IMG/VR virus record: IMGVR_UViG_3300031992_000046
Span: 1 to 64,000 of that record
DNA: 64,000 nt
Source: a virus
Taxonomy: Duplodnaviria; Caudoviricetes
Reading direction: 5' to 3' (one strand)
Shown: positions 6,640 to 17,161 of the stretch, piece by piece
Layout: the number at the start of each line of letters is the position of its first letter
How positions within the stretch are numbered: the stretch's first letter is position 1
The notes under the pieces: generated by a model
Database searches by the model: none
Told to the model about the DNA's origin: nothing
The model's input: only the letters and a program-made list of their open reading frames with translations
Made by a program: the position numbers and the translations under genes

Positions 6640-9378
6640 GTGATTTGTATCAGCAAACAACTCGCGTGTCAGAAATTCATCTTGAAGCTGAACAGCTCAC
6701 GGCTGCGCAACTCACGGTGGAAGCTGACTCTGCCGCTTCAGGAAGCGCGAAGGAACGACGAGGTGATTTCAATCGCCGACAGTCAAATCCTTCGCTGGAT
6801 AGACGAACTTAACGGGGTGACTGACGCGGACGCGCAGGCGCGCACGATAAAGAGCGCGATAAGAAGACTGCGCAACGAGGAGAACAGTGTAAAGAACAAG
6901 CGCGAGATACGCCAGCTTTACGAAGATCTCGACCGCCTTCAGTTTCAGCCCGACTATATGTGCCTGATTATCGACAGGGAAAAGGATTACTACAGAGCCT
7001 GTCGTGGGTTCACAATAAACAACGTAAGATACCGAAGACTACTCGGTACTAATGGCGGCATCAAGAACTCTACAATCGTCTTTGTCAGTGAAAGACTCGT
7101 GGACGAATTACGACGCCGCATAGAAAATGACAGAGACCCCGGCAAAGAGCTCGTGCCTGCAAAGCTCGAGGCGTACAAAGCGCTCACATGCAGCGCCTCG
7201 GTTCCGGTGTCTATGCCGAACGGGGTTATCGTCGTAGACGATGTAAACACAACATTCCGGTCGGATATCATCTATCTCACCGACGAGATAGCCGGCGAAC
7301 CGCTTATGGAAACAAAGCGTGGCGAAGAGGTAACGATAGATGCGTCCGACGGCTGCGGGATAATGCTTCCGTCGCTTGCGGAAAGGTGGAGCCGGGAGCT
7401 GGGGCTCGGATATACTGTGTCGGGACTCAACACGAGATGGTCATTCGAGAAGGGTATGGTATTCACATTCGACTTCTTGGACTTTGCCGATAAGGTCGCA
7501 GGCAAGTATACCGTTACAGATGCCTGGGGTGTTGAGAGAGACGTCAGGGATGCAGAGCTGATACTCACTACTTCAATGCTGAAGTTGTGGGACAGCTACT
7601 CAAGCATAGAGGACTACGTGGAGAAATCTACGCGTAACGGGTATACGATAGGTATAGCAAAGACGTGCCCTGAAGAACTTGAGAATGAGCGGAGTCTGAA
7701 CTATCAGTTCATCCAGCCCTTTGACTTATCGGAAGATGACGTTGACCGGCTCATAGAGCCGACGATGAGCGAAATATACGACGTGTTGACCGGAGACTGG
7801 CGTAGCGCGATAGTATTCTTAAAAGGAAGCGTTCTCAACGAGAACAACGTCGCGCGAGCGCCCAACGATTTTGTAAAAGGGATAATGATAGACCCCGCCC
7901 TCCACGACGACCCGTTTGTCTTGAACTCCATTTATCAAATGATAAAGAACAGGATTAACGAGGCGAAGGTGGGGGTCTGCAAGATTCACGGCAACTACTC
8001 GATAGTTTCGGGAGATCCGTATCTCCTGTGCGAGTCCTTCTTCGGGCTTGAACCAAGAGGGCTGCTCAGGCCGGGAGAGATTTACAACCGCTATTGGGCG
8101 GACAGAGAAAGCGACGAGCTGATTTGCTTCCGCGCCCCGATGAGCTGCGCGGAGAACATAAGGAGGGTAGTCCCAACAAGGTCAGAGGCTGTGCGTTACT
8201 GGTATCAGTATATGAACTCCTGTACGGTATTCAACGGGTGGGATACGGCGTGCATTGCACTCAATGGGTGTGATTATGATGGCGACCTTGTAATGTTGAC
8301 CGACAATCCGGTCTTACTTGAGAGGTTCCGCGAACTGCCGGCTTTGATGTGCGTACAGCGCAAGGCAACCAAGACGGTGCCCACAGAAGAGGATTTTATC
8401 CGTTCCAACATCGAGAGTTTTGGAAATGAGATAGGCCAGACGACCAACTGGATAACGAGTATGTACGAGGTGCGCTCGGGATACAAGCGCGGCTCGAAGG
8501 AATATGAAACGCTGTCATACAGAATAAGATGTGGGCAGCTCTACCAGCAGAATGCAATAGACAAGGCAAAGGGCATCGTGTGCAAGCCGATGCCGAAGAC
8601 GTGGTATAACCGCCACGAGATCAACACAATAGAGGACGAGCAAGAACGTTCGTTCAACAAAAGCATTGCCGCGGACCGGAAGCCGTACTTTATGAGGTAC
8701 ATCTACCCGGCGCTGATGAAGCAGTATCGCAACTATGTTAAGAACTGCGAGTGCAACGCATACCGAGAGTTCGGGATTGGGTTGGACGAGCTAACATCGT
8801 TGCCCGCGGAAGAAATGACAGACCGCCAGAGAGAATTCGTATACTACTACTATAAGGGGATGCCGGTCGGCATAAACGACTGCGTAATGAACCTTATATG
8901 TAAGAAGTTCGAAGATAAGTTCGACAGGTTCGGCGCAAAGCGTAACGGCGGTGTGGAGTTTGACTACAGGCGACTGAAGTGCCCCGGAGTAGAATACAGT
9001 GTGCGGCAGTATCAGTCGATAGAAAAAATATACAAAGATTATAATCGAAGAGTGAAAAGCTTCGCGGTGTTTCAGAAATACGAGGGCGTAGACGAATACG
9101 ACTCGCTCAGCGCGAAGATAACGATGGACGAAGAGTTCCGAAAAGAGTGCGATATGATTTGCCCCGACCGGCACGCGCTCTGTAATATAATTTTGGATAT
9201 GTGCTACCGCAAGGCGTCGACCAAATCCTTCGCGTGGTCGATGTGCGGGAGAGAAATGATAGAGAACCTGCTGGCGAATAACGGCGGAGTCGCGAGTTAC
9301 CCCGAGTTGGACGAGGACGGAGACTTCGAGTTTGGCGGCAGCAGATTTACAATTAAAACGGTGGAGGTGTCTGCATGA
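6640..9378 (+). CDS. YonO-like single-subunit two-barrel DNA-dependent RNA polymerase (true start probably ATC at 6649)
   Basis: Catalytic GCDYDGD; SDGCG, KGM and FRAP motifs of the RdRP-like two-barrel family; about 910 aa; upstream of the late genes like SPbeta yonO. Confidence 0.9.
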   Translation: MICISKQLACQKFILKLNSSRLRNSRWKLTLPLQEARRNDEVISIADSQILRWIDELNGVTDADAQARTIKSAIRRLRNEENSVKNKREIRQLYEDLDRLQFQPDYMCLIIDREKDYYRACRGFTINNVRYRRLLGTNGGIKNSTIVFVSERLVDELRRRIENDRDPGKELVPAKLEAYKALTCSASVPVSMPNGVIVVDDVNTTFRSDIIYLTDEIAGEPLMETKRGEEVTIDASDGCGIMLPSLAERWSRELGLGYTVSGLNTRWSFEKGMVFTFDFLDFADKVAGKYTVTDAWGVERDVRDAELILTTSMLKLWDSYSSIEDYVEKSTRNGYTIGIAKTCPEELENERSLNYQFIQPFDLSEDDVDRLIEPTMSEIYDVLTGDWRSAIVFLKGSVLNENNVARAPNDFVKGIMIDPALHDDPFVLNSIYQMIKNRINEAKVGVCKIHGNYSIVSGDPYLLCESFFGLEPRGLLRPGEIYNRYWADRESDELICFRAPMSCAENIRRVVPTRSEAVRYWYQYMNSCTVFNGWDTACIALNGCDYDGDLVMLTDNPVLLERFRELPALMCVQRKATKTVPTEEDFIRSNIESFGNEIGQTTNWITSMYEVRSGYKRGSKEYETLSYRIRCGQLYQQNAIDKAKGIVCKPMPKTWYNRHEINTIEDEQERSFNKSIAADRKPYFMRYIYPALMKQYRNYVKNCECNAYREFGIGLDELTSLPAEEMTDRQREFVYYYYKGMPVGINDCVMNLICKKFEDKFDRFGAKRNGGVEFDYRRLKCPGVEYSVRQYQSIEKIYKDYNRRVKSFAVFQKYEGVDEYDSLSAKITMDEEFRKECDMICPDRHALCNIILDMCYRKASTKSFAWSMCGREMIENLLANNGGVASYPELDEDGDFEFGGSRFTIKTVEVSA

Positions 9379-10136
9379 CAATCGTGCTTGACGAAAACGC
9401 TTGGGCGCAGGAGATGATAGCCAACAGGACGCTCGGGAAGAAAGCGTTTGAAACGTTATCCCGAGTGGCGAGGTACTATCTTGATGAGGGGATGTCGCGT
9501 CGGGACGCACGTATGCGTCTTGACACGTTTCTCACCCAGTGTGACCCGACGGCGTCGCTCTCTAAATGGAGCGACACTCTTGACTTCGCGGTAAAGCGCG
9601 CGCTGAAAAGCACGGCGCTGAAGATTGACTGTATCATTGTGACCGTTCCTGAAATGGAAAAGATAGACAGCTTGGAGAGCCGGCAGATAAGGCGGCTCGC
9701 ATTCACGCTACTGTGCCTATCGAAATATTGGGACGCGGTCAACTCCCGTGGCGACCATTGGGTTAACAGCGAGCAAAGAGAGATAATGAAGATGGCTAAC
9801 ATCAACACTTCGTTAAAAAGACAGAGCCTGATGTACGGAGCGCTGCGCAAACTCGGTATGGTCGAGTTCTCGCGCAAGGTGGACAATACGAATGTGCGCG
9901 TCACTTTTGCTGAGGCCGGAGAGCCAGCGTTGAAAATAACAGACTTTCGCAATCTTGGGTTTCAGTATCTTCGTTATCACGGCGAACCGTACTTCGAATG
10001 TCAAAATTGCGGAATAGTGACAAAACGCGTGGGCGGCGCAAATTCGAGAGGGCGCCCTCAAAAATACTGCAAGGATTGCGCGAATGAGGTGGCGGTCAAA
10101 CAGAGAGTAGACTGGGTAATGAGGATGCGCGGATAG
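9375..10136 (+). CDS. Hypothetical protein with putative winged helix and C-terminal Zn ribbon
   Basis: ATGA overlap with the RNAP stop; CQNC...KYCKDC. Confidence 0.8.
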   Translation: MTIVLDENAWAQEMIANRTLGKKAFETLSRVARYYLDEGMSRRDARMRLDTFLTQCDPTASLSKWSDTLDFAVKRALKSTALKIDCIIVTVPEMEKIDSLESRQIRRLAFTLLCLSKYWDAVNSRGDHWVNSEQREIMKMANINTSLKRQSLMYGALRKLGMVEFSRKVDNTNVRVTFAEAGEPALKITDFRNLGFQYLRYHGEPYFECQNCGIVTKRVGGANSRGRPQKYCKDCANEVAVKQRVDWVMRMRG

Positions 10137-10141
10137 AATAT

Positions 10142-10175
10142 AGGGCGGGGCGGGAAAAACGCCCCGCCTTTATTT
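10142..10175 (+). terminator. Intrinsic terminator
   Basis: GGCGGGGCG/CGCCCCGCC stem followed by TTTATTT. Confidence 0.8.
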
Positions 10176-10320
10176 GTGCGGGTTTTTGTATTTGTTGAAA
10201 AAAAATAACGCCCAGAATCCCTATATATAAAGGGCTGAGAGACTTTTGATGGAGTGTTATTATGAAGGGGATAAGCACATTTCGCCTCTTTAATTTTTTT
10301 GAACGAAAGGAAAAGTTTGT

Positions 10321-10536
10321 TTGATACCTATCAACAAAGAGGAGAGCGCGGCTCTCAGAGAAAGGTTCCCCAATCTTTACGTCGTCAGAACGATGAAACA
10401 GTGTTCTGACAGACACCGCTATTATATGGAGGAGCAGCCGAGCGCGGTTCGCTTTCTGCGTATAATGCGCGGCGAGCCCGTTAAGAACAATAAGAAGGGA
10501 GGGGAACGTCATTCTGATCGAAAGAAGACCCGGTGA
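10321..10536 (+). CDS. Small basic hypothetical protein
   Basis: AAAGGA SD, TTG start; first gene after an AT-rich intergenic region. Confidence 0.65.
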   Translation: MIPINKEESAALRERFPNLYVVRTMKQCSDRHRYYMEEQPSAVRFLRIMRGEPVKNNKKGGERHSDRKKTR

Positions 10537-11728
10537 GAGTGAGCTTGAATATCATCGCAGGCTCGTCTATGGAAAGCTCGTGGACAAGACTCTCGGAGAC
10601 GTTGATTACGCCGAAATAGCCGAAGCAGTATATGGCAAGCCTTATGCAAGCGACGTTGCCAGACGGATGCTGTATGGCAGCCGAAATACGCTCGAACTGC
10701 TCGATAAAGAAAGCGTCAACGCTCTTACCGACAATGAGGTCATCGATGAAATCGAATCGAAGACCAGAGAACTTCGGGCCGAGCGGCAGAAGTTTTTTGA
10801 CCAGAGACGCGAACTTAATAAAAATCTGACGGATATCAGCCGTCGGGAACACCTTTACGAAGCACTGGTTGACGCCGCCAACAAACTGCCGTACTCTCTC
10901 GAGGAGCTGTTTGGAACGGTTGAGCCGGTAACACCCGGTGGGGGGGACGGCATAGAGGCTGTGCTTGTTTTCAGCGACTGGCATTATGGCCTTGTCGCGG
11001 ACAACGTATTCAATAAATATGACACACGCGTCTGCGTCGACAGGCTGCGCAACGTCATAGAAACAGCGGTAAGAAAGATTGCGCTTCATAAGGTGGAGCA
11101 CTTGCATGTCATTGTACTTGGCGACCTGTTTCACGGAGCAATCCATACGAGCGCGAGGGTCGCTTCAGAAGAGCTTGTGTGCGACCAGCTGATGCAGGTG
11201 TCTGAGATACTTGCGGCAGCTTTGATTACTCTTTCGTCAGCGGTACCTGCAATGACAGTGTACACTACGTATGGCAATCACGGTCGGACTGTTCAAAATA
11301 AATCTGACAATATCCACCGTGATAATATGGAGCGTCTCGTTCCATGGTGGCTGCGCGAAAGACTGTCAAAGTATGAAACGATAGACATTGCACCCGAGTC
11401 AGACTGCGAGTTCCTGGTGCTCAATGTGGCAGGTCACGACATCTGTGCAAGCCATGGCGACCTCGACCACGTTGGCTCATCCTCAAGAATGCTTCCCACT
11501 TTGCTTGACAGGAAGTATGATACGCAGATAGAATACATTATTCTCGGCGACAAACATCATCGTGAAAGTTTTGAAGAGATGGGTGTGACCTCATCCATAT
11601 GTGGTTCACTGTGCGGTGTCGACGACTTTGCCAACTCAAAGCGTCTGTTCTCTACGCCTTCTCAGCTGATGCTGATTGTAGATCCACAGCGCGGCGTTGA
11701 TGCAGAGTACCGTATTAAATGTAAATGA
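10511..11728 (+). CDS. Calcineurin-like metallophosphoesterase with N-terminal coiled coil (ATT/CTG start inferred)
   Basis: SDWH, GDLFHG, GNHGR, HGD, GDKHH; the frame stays open to GGAGGGG-N6-ATT at 10511. Confidence 0.85.
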   Translation: MLIERRPGESELEYHRRLVYGKLVDKTLGDVDYAEIAEAVYGKPYASDVARRMLYGSRNTLELLDKESVNALTDNEVIDEIESKTRELRAERQKFFDQRRELNKNLTDISRREHLYEALVDAANKLPYSLEELFGTVEPVTPGGGDGIEAVLVFSDWHYGLVADNVFNKYDTRVCVDRLRNVIETAVRKIALHKVEHLHVIVLGDLFHGAIHTSARVASEELVCDQLMQVSEILAAALITLSSAVPAMTVYTTYGNHGRTVQNKSDNIHRDNMERLVPWWLRERLSKYETIDIAPESDCEFLVLNVAGHDICASHGDLDHVGSSSRMLPTLLDRKYDTQIEYIILGDKHHRESFEEMGVTSSICGSLCGVDDFANSKRLFSTPSQLMLIVDPQRGVDAEYRIKCK

Positions 11729-11746
11729 AAAGAACGTGCGTCATTT

Positions 11747-11790
11747 TTGAGCAATTATGCGGCAAAACTGTACATAATTGCTCAAGTTTT
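11747..11790 (+). terminator. Inverted repeat, possible terminator or operator
   Basis: 13-bp arms TTGAGCAATTATG/CATAATTGCTCAA followed by GTTTT. Confidence 0.5.
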
Positions 11791-11815
11791 AAGAATTATA
11801 TAAAGGAGTTTTACT

Positions 11816-12838
11816 GTGGCAAGAAAGACGCAAATGAATAAGATAACGACGCCTGAGCTCCTGTCGCGTATTAACTCCGAAAACAAGTCGCTGCTTAACG
11901 ACTTCCTCGAATATCTGAGGTCAACTGGAAGGAGCGACGGAACGATAGCGTCGTACCAGAACGACATTGAAATCGCATTCGTGTGGAATCTTGAGCACAA
12001 CGGCGACAAGTCGTTTGTCGAGTGGACGAAGCGTAATGTTATCGCATATCAAAACTGGCTGCTTAACACTAATAAGAACAGCCCCGCGCGAATCCGAAGG
12101 CTAAAGGCGGCACTGTCTTCAATGAGCAATTACATTGAGAACTTGCTCGACGACGAGTATCCGAACTTCAGGAATATCATCAACAAGATAGAGAGCCCTG
12201 CGAACGCACCCGTTCGCGAAAAAACGGTGCTGACGGATGAGCAGGTTAAGTCGATGCTCGACGCTTTAATAAAAAGGAACAGAATAAAGGCGGCCTGTTA
12301 TATTGCGCTTGCCGCATACGGGGGAAGACGTAAGTCTGAAATATGCAGGTTTAGGGTCGACGATTTCGCCGACGACAAACTTGTGTGCGAGGGTTGCCTC
12401 TGGAAGAGCGCGCCGATTAAGACTAAGGGGCGTTCGCGTGGAAAGTTCATCCCCTGTTATACACTTGTTAAAAAGTTCAAGCCCTACCTCGATTTATGGC
12501 TGGCAGAAAGGAAACGTCTGGGTGTTGAAAGCGTGTGGCTTTTTCCAGCCGACGACAACCCCAACGAGATGCTGAAGATATCCACTGTCAATAGCTGGAT
12601 GAAAACAGCCTCGAGGCTTTCGGGGCTCGATATATATACGCACAGCTTTCGCCATTTCTATACGACAATGTTATCTAACGAAGGGATACCCGACGGGGTA
12701 ATCAAAGAGATACTGGGATGGGAAGATGTGTCGATGGTCGCAGTTTATAATGATAGGTCGACCGAAGATACGCTGGATATGTATTTCGGCGCGGATGGAG
12801 TAAAACGGAATGTCGCGAAGGGTCTGACCGATCTTTAA
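11816..12838 (+). CDS. Tyrosine recombinase (XerC/D-like)
   Basis: SAM-like N-terminus; GRRKSE, KTKG, HSFRH, LGW, VAVY. Confidence 0.9.
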   Translation: MARKTQMNKITTPELLSRINSENKSLLNDFLEYLRSTGRSDGTIASYQNDIEIAFVWNLEHNGDKSFVEWTKRNVIAYQNWLLNTNKNSPARIRRLKAALSSMSNYIENLLDDEYPNFRNIINKIESPANAPVREKTVLTDEQVKSMLDALIKRNRIKAACYIALAAYGGRRKSEICRFRVDDFADDKLVCEGCLWKSAPIKTKGRSRGKFIPCYTLVKKFKPYLDLWLAERKRLGVESVWLFPADDNPNEMLKISTVNSWMKTASRLSGLDIYTHSFRHFYTTMLSNEGIPDGVIKEILGWEDVSMVAVYNDRSTEDTLDMYFGADGVKRNVAKGLTDL

Positions 12839-12847
12839 CGGCGATGA

Positions 12848-13348
12848 ATGAAAGGAAGGTTTTGTTTGAAAAAAGATGAATTCGCGATGCGGGTAGCTTC
12901 CGTGTTGCGTGACAAGAAGGCGAGGAAGCCGGTCAAGGCACAGAAGAGTGTCTTCCATATATCCGACGATGGGGGCAACTCCAAGGCGTTTGCCGTCACT
13001 GCGCCTGCCTCACAGGTGGCGTACACGATAGAAGACGTCAGAGTGATTCTCGACACCGCAATACAGGTCATAGAAGAACTTATCTGTCGCGGCGACGAGC
13101 TGAGTGTCCGCGGGTTCGGAACGCTCGGAGTGAAGTATCGCGAGGCGCGGAAGACGAAGGTGCCCGGCACCGAGGACTGGGTCGATATACAGGGGCATTA
13201 CACCCCCAAGTTCATTGCGGGCAACACACTGAAGATGTGCGCAAAGATATACGAGCTGTCTATGGGAGACAGAGACCCGGGAATGCCGCTCCCTCCGCCG
13301 TCATTTGACGAGGAGGTAGACACCTATGAGTTCGGAGATGAATCTTAA
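12848..13348 (+). CDS. HU/IHF-family DNA-binding protein
   Basis: GDELSVRGFGTL..REARKTKVPGT..PKFIAG..LK signature; start may be TTG 12866. Confidence 0.85.
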   Translation: MKGRFCLKKDEFAMRVASVLRDKKARKPVKAQKSVFHISDDGGNSKAFAVTAPASQVAYTIEDVRVILDTAIQVIEELICRGDELSVRGFGTLGVKYREARKTKVPGTEDWVDIQGHYTPKFIAGNTLKMCAKIYELSMGDRDPGMPLPPPSFDEEVDTYEFGDES

Positions 13349-14369
13349 ACTCGCGGGAGATTCCTCGATTTGTACCCGATGCGGTACGCGATATGACCAG
13401 CGCGGCGGTTATTTTTATCAGAGTCTTGCGAATACGCATAAGGGTATTGGCTGGATCCCGATATGCCGCGACTGCATAAACACTTTGTATAACACCTACC
13501 TCGCCCAGTGCGGAGACAAGAAGTGGGTCGTGCGGCAGCTTTGCCGCAAGCTCGATATCTACTGGAGCGAGAAGATATACGAGGCGGTCGAAAAACAGAA
13601 TACGCCTCGCACGATGCTCTCCGCATATTTTCAGCGAGTACGTCAGGGAAGTTTCGCCGGCAAGTCGTACGACGATACTTTGTCAGAGGAGGGAACTCTG
13701 TGGAGTTTCATTCCTAATACTATCAAGCCCGCCCAGACTGATGGGGGAGAGGCGACGCCCGCAGTCTCCGAGGAAACAAAGAGGTTTTGGGGGCCGGGGT
13801 ATTCCGACGATGATTATAGCGCGCTCGCTGATATATACGCCGAATTTGTTTCCAAACTGCCCGAAGGGGTCGATATGAACGATATGGGCACCGTTACCCT
13901 TGTAAAGCAGATTTGCGGATTGGAATTTGACATCGCACGCGACCGCGCAAGCGGGAAGTCTGTGGACAGGGCGGTCAGCACCCTAAACAGTTTACTTGGG
14001 TCAGCCAATCTCAAGCCGGCACAGAAGAAGCAAGAGGATGACGATAGCAACTACGTTAACACTCCGCTCGGGGTATGGCTGTATCGCTATGAAAACAAAC
14101 GTCCTCTGCCAGAGGTAGAGGAAGACGCTAAGTCAAGGGATAAAATTTTAAAGTATGTATTTACCTGGCTCGGGCACGTTTGCAAGATGCTCGGCAAGAA
14201 AAACGGCTTCACCAAGTTATATGAGGATGAAGTCGAGCGGCTGCGTATCGAGCGGCCCGATATAGATGAAGACGACGATGAGGATTTCCTGATGGATATT
14301 TTCGAGGAGACCGACGTCGAGGATATGCCGGAGGACATCGACGATGACGAGAGCGCAGAAGATAGCTGA
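13326..14369 (+). CDS. Putative terminase small subunit / Zn-finger protein
   Basis: CTRC..CRDC and an acidic tail; overlaps the terL start. Function from position only. Confidence 0.6.
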   Translation: MSSEMNLKLAGDSSICTRCGTRYDQRGGYFYQSLANTHKGIGWIPICRDCINTLYNTYLAQCGDKKWVVRQLCRKLDIYWSEKIYEAVEKQNTPRTMLSAYFQRVRQGSFAGKSYDDTLSEEGTLWSFIPNTIKPAQTDGGEATPAVSEETKRFWGPGYSDDDYSALADIYAEFVSKLPEGVDMNDMGTVTLVKQICGLEFDIARDRASGKSVDRAVSTLNSLLGSANLKPAQKKQEDDDSNYVNTPLGVWLYRYENKRPLPEVEEDAKSRDKILKYVFTWLGHVCKMLGKKNGFTKLYEDEVERLRIERPDIDEDDDEDFLMDIFEETDVEDMPEDIDDDESAEDS

Positions 14370-17161
14370 GGGGGCTGCCCGCTGGGGCGCGTACTACAGG
14401 CTTCACCCGGTACAGTTTGTTAAAGACTACTTACACATTAACTTACACCTGTTTCAAAAAATCATTATAACGATGATGTTCTGGAGCAGGGTTTTTATAG
14501 TTATAGGATATCGTGGTCTCGGAAAGACTTTTATCAGTGCGATTTATTGCGTTATTAGGTGCATCTTATATCCTGGCACTCGTGTATGCGTGGCGTCAGG
14601 TACTCGAGGACAGGCTTAGTAAAATAGGCCGCCTTCATAGTAATATGAAGGGTAATATCTATTGAATTGCTGGGACACCCTTAGAGCTGGACACCCTACA
14701 GCATACGTTTGAAAAATAGCGCTGTGCGATGGTTAAAAAGTGTACAGATTGGGCAATCAGCAGCCAAGCTCCGAACAGGAGAAGGTTCAACGACCATCCC
14801 ATAGGGAGTAGTAGGACAAGCGACTGGTTCTGCGAAGCGGTAGACGTCCGGGAACGGATGAAGATATGGTCTGGTCTTTGCTGAAAGGCAAAGCATTCGG
14901 GTGGCGCCGAATAAAATTATTACTTAGGAGAGTTTGAAAAATGGCAACACCGATTGATTTGACCGGTAAAAGATTTGGACGCTTTGTTGTACTTTCCAGA
15001 GCGAAGAACAATAAGGAAGGCCGTACGATGTGGCGGTGTCTTTGCGACTGTGGCAACGAGAGGATTGTTCTCGGTAAAAGTCTCCGTAATGGGCACACCG
15101 CTTCTTGCGGATGTTTAAACAAGGAGCGTACAAGTGAAAGTTCGTTTAAAGATCGAACCGGAGAACGTTTTGGGATGTTAACAGTGATGGAACGAGCTGA
15201 CGATTATGTCGCTCCGAACGGGAAACACCACGTTCGCTGGTTATGCAAATGCGACTGTGGAAACAGCACGGTTGTAGATGTCTGTCAGCTTGTTAAGGGC
15301 GGAACGAAGTCGTGCGGCTGCTGGAAATCCGAGGCATCTCGTCAAAGAATGACTACCCACGGCGGACGGAATGACCGACTTTATCACACATTCGCAAATA
15401 TGAAAAATAGATGCTACAACCCCAACTCTAATGACTACAAGTATTACGGTGAACGTGGTATCAAAATATGTCAAGAATGGCTTGATAGTTATCAGTGTTT
15501 TAAAGAGTGGGCATATGCAAACGGATATAACGAAGACGCGCCTTGGGGTGAATGCACTATTGACAGAATAGATGTAAACGGCGACTATTCTCCTAACAAT
15601 TGTCGGTGGGTTAGCATGAAAGAGCAAAGCTTAAACCGACGAAATGTAATAAATAAACACAACGATTTTAGTCCTCGAAAAGATACTTCAGGAGCTGAAA
15701 CCACGCTCACCTGAACTTGCGGCCGAGCTTGACGACAGGGAGACCAAGGTTAACAACACGGTCGGCCAGGTCGTGTTCAAGAACACTTCGGTCATCAAGG
15801 TAGTCACGGCTTCGGACACCGCCAGAGGTAACCGTTGCAACGTGCTGCTTCTGGACGAGTTCCGCCTTCTGCCCAAAATTGTAATCGACACCGTTCTGAA
15901 TAAGTTCCTCAACTACAGACGTATGCCACAATACGAGGAGCTCACGGAAGAAGAGCGCAAGGCGGAATACAACAAGGAAAAGAATTTAACGATGTATTTG
16001 AGTTCCGCTTATTTCAAAGATTCGTGGGCGTTCACCAAGTGCGAAGATGTTTTTGACGCAATGGTAAGCGGTAAGCGCCGTCAGTTTATCTGCGGCTTCC
16101 CATATCAGCTCGGACTTGAGGAAGGTATCCTCGATCCCGAACAGGTTCTTGACGAGATGAGCGAATCGAACTTCAACGAAATTTCGTGGATGATGGAAAT
16201 GGGCGCGCTTTGGTATGGGTCTGAAGACGGCGCATTTTTTGATTATCCTTCAATATCAAAGAATAGGAAGATACTATTCCCGATGTTGCCGGATAGGCTG
16301 GCGTCACATCTACCCGGTGCCCCAGAGGTACGTATCGTGCCCAAGGAGAACGGGGTTAAGCGAATCCTCTCCGCCGACATAGCGCTGATGTCAAGTAGGA
16401 AGAACAATAACGACGCCACGTCGATTATCATAAATCAGCTTGTTCCCACCAAGGCGGGGCGGCTAACCAGCAACATCCTCTACGCGGAAACGCACGAAGG
16501 GTTGCGGACGGACGACCAGGCACTCATCATACGAAAACTCTACGACGAGTTTGACTGCGATTATATCGCGCTGGACGCCATGGGTGTCGGTATGGGAATA
16601 TACGATGCTCTGTCCAAGGATATGCTCGACCCGGAGACGGGTGAAGTTTATCCTGCGCTGTCGTGTATCAATAACACGGAAATGGCAGCGAGATGCGTCA
16701 ACCCGAATGCGGAAAAGGTTATATGGTCAATAAAGGCTGATCCTAACTTCAACTCGCGCTGCGCTATGGCTCTGCGCGAAGGTTTCCGCAATGGGCGTAT
16801 CAGGCTGCTTCAGTCTGAGCTTGACGCTATGGGTTCGCTTAGCGAACTCAAAGGTTTCAACTCGTTGAGCGAAAGCGAACGGGTAATGATACTTAATCCA
16901 TACATCCAAACAACGCTTCTGATTGATGAGCTGACCAAGCTTCAGCACGAGGAGGCGAACAATAAAATTAAAATTTACGAGAAGGCGGGAATGCGAAAAG
17001 ACCGCTACTCCTCTCTGCTTTACAACTATTATGTCGCAATGCAGGTCGAGCAGCGTATGAATCGCAGGTCGTATATCGACGAACACGTATCGGAGATGTT
17101 CGTTATTAAACCGCCGTCTAAAAGAGAAAGGAGGACAGTAGAGGGACGTGGAAGATATTAA
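14344..17161 (+). CDS. terL: Terminase large subunit, spliced join(14344..14616,15665..17161), 589 aa
   Basis: Exon 1 Walker A RGLGKT; exon 2 LLLDE, nuclease SADIA, IALDA, RKDRYSS; in-frame junction TRGQA|ILVLEKI. Confidence 0.92.
14617..15664 (+). ncRNA. Group I intron in terL
   Basis: P 14665-75, Q 14755-65, R 14785-96, S 14860-72; P1 GGCU|/GGCC with U.G pair; P10 UAAAAU/AUUUUA; P9.0 GU/AC; terminal G 15664. Confidence 0.93.
14941..15714 (+). CDS. Intron-encoded HNH-type homing endonuclease
   Basis: Two D(L/R)TGxRFG..CxCDCG..SCGC repeats and TIDRIDVNGDYSPNNCRW; AGGAG SD; located in P9. Confidence 0.8.
   Translation: MATPIDLTGKRFGRFVVLSRAKNNKEGRTMWRCLCDCGNERIVLGKSLRNGHTASCGCLNKERTSESSFKDRTGERFGMLTVMERADDYVAPNGKHHVRWLCKCDCGNSTVVDVCQLVKGGTKSCGCWKSEASRQRMTTHGGRNDRLYHTFANMKNRCYNPNSNDYKYYGERGIKICQEWLDSYQCFKEWAYANGYNEDAPWGECTIDRIDVNGDYSPNNCRWVSMKEQSLNRRNVINKHNDFSPRKDTSGAETTLT

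Noticed and set aside
14617-14622. Stop-codon recoding or pseudogene explanation for the split terL and neck genes
   Set aside because: Both breaks are fully explained by group I introns; TAG, TGA and TAA all end genes normally.
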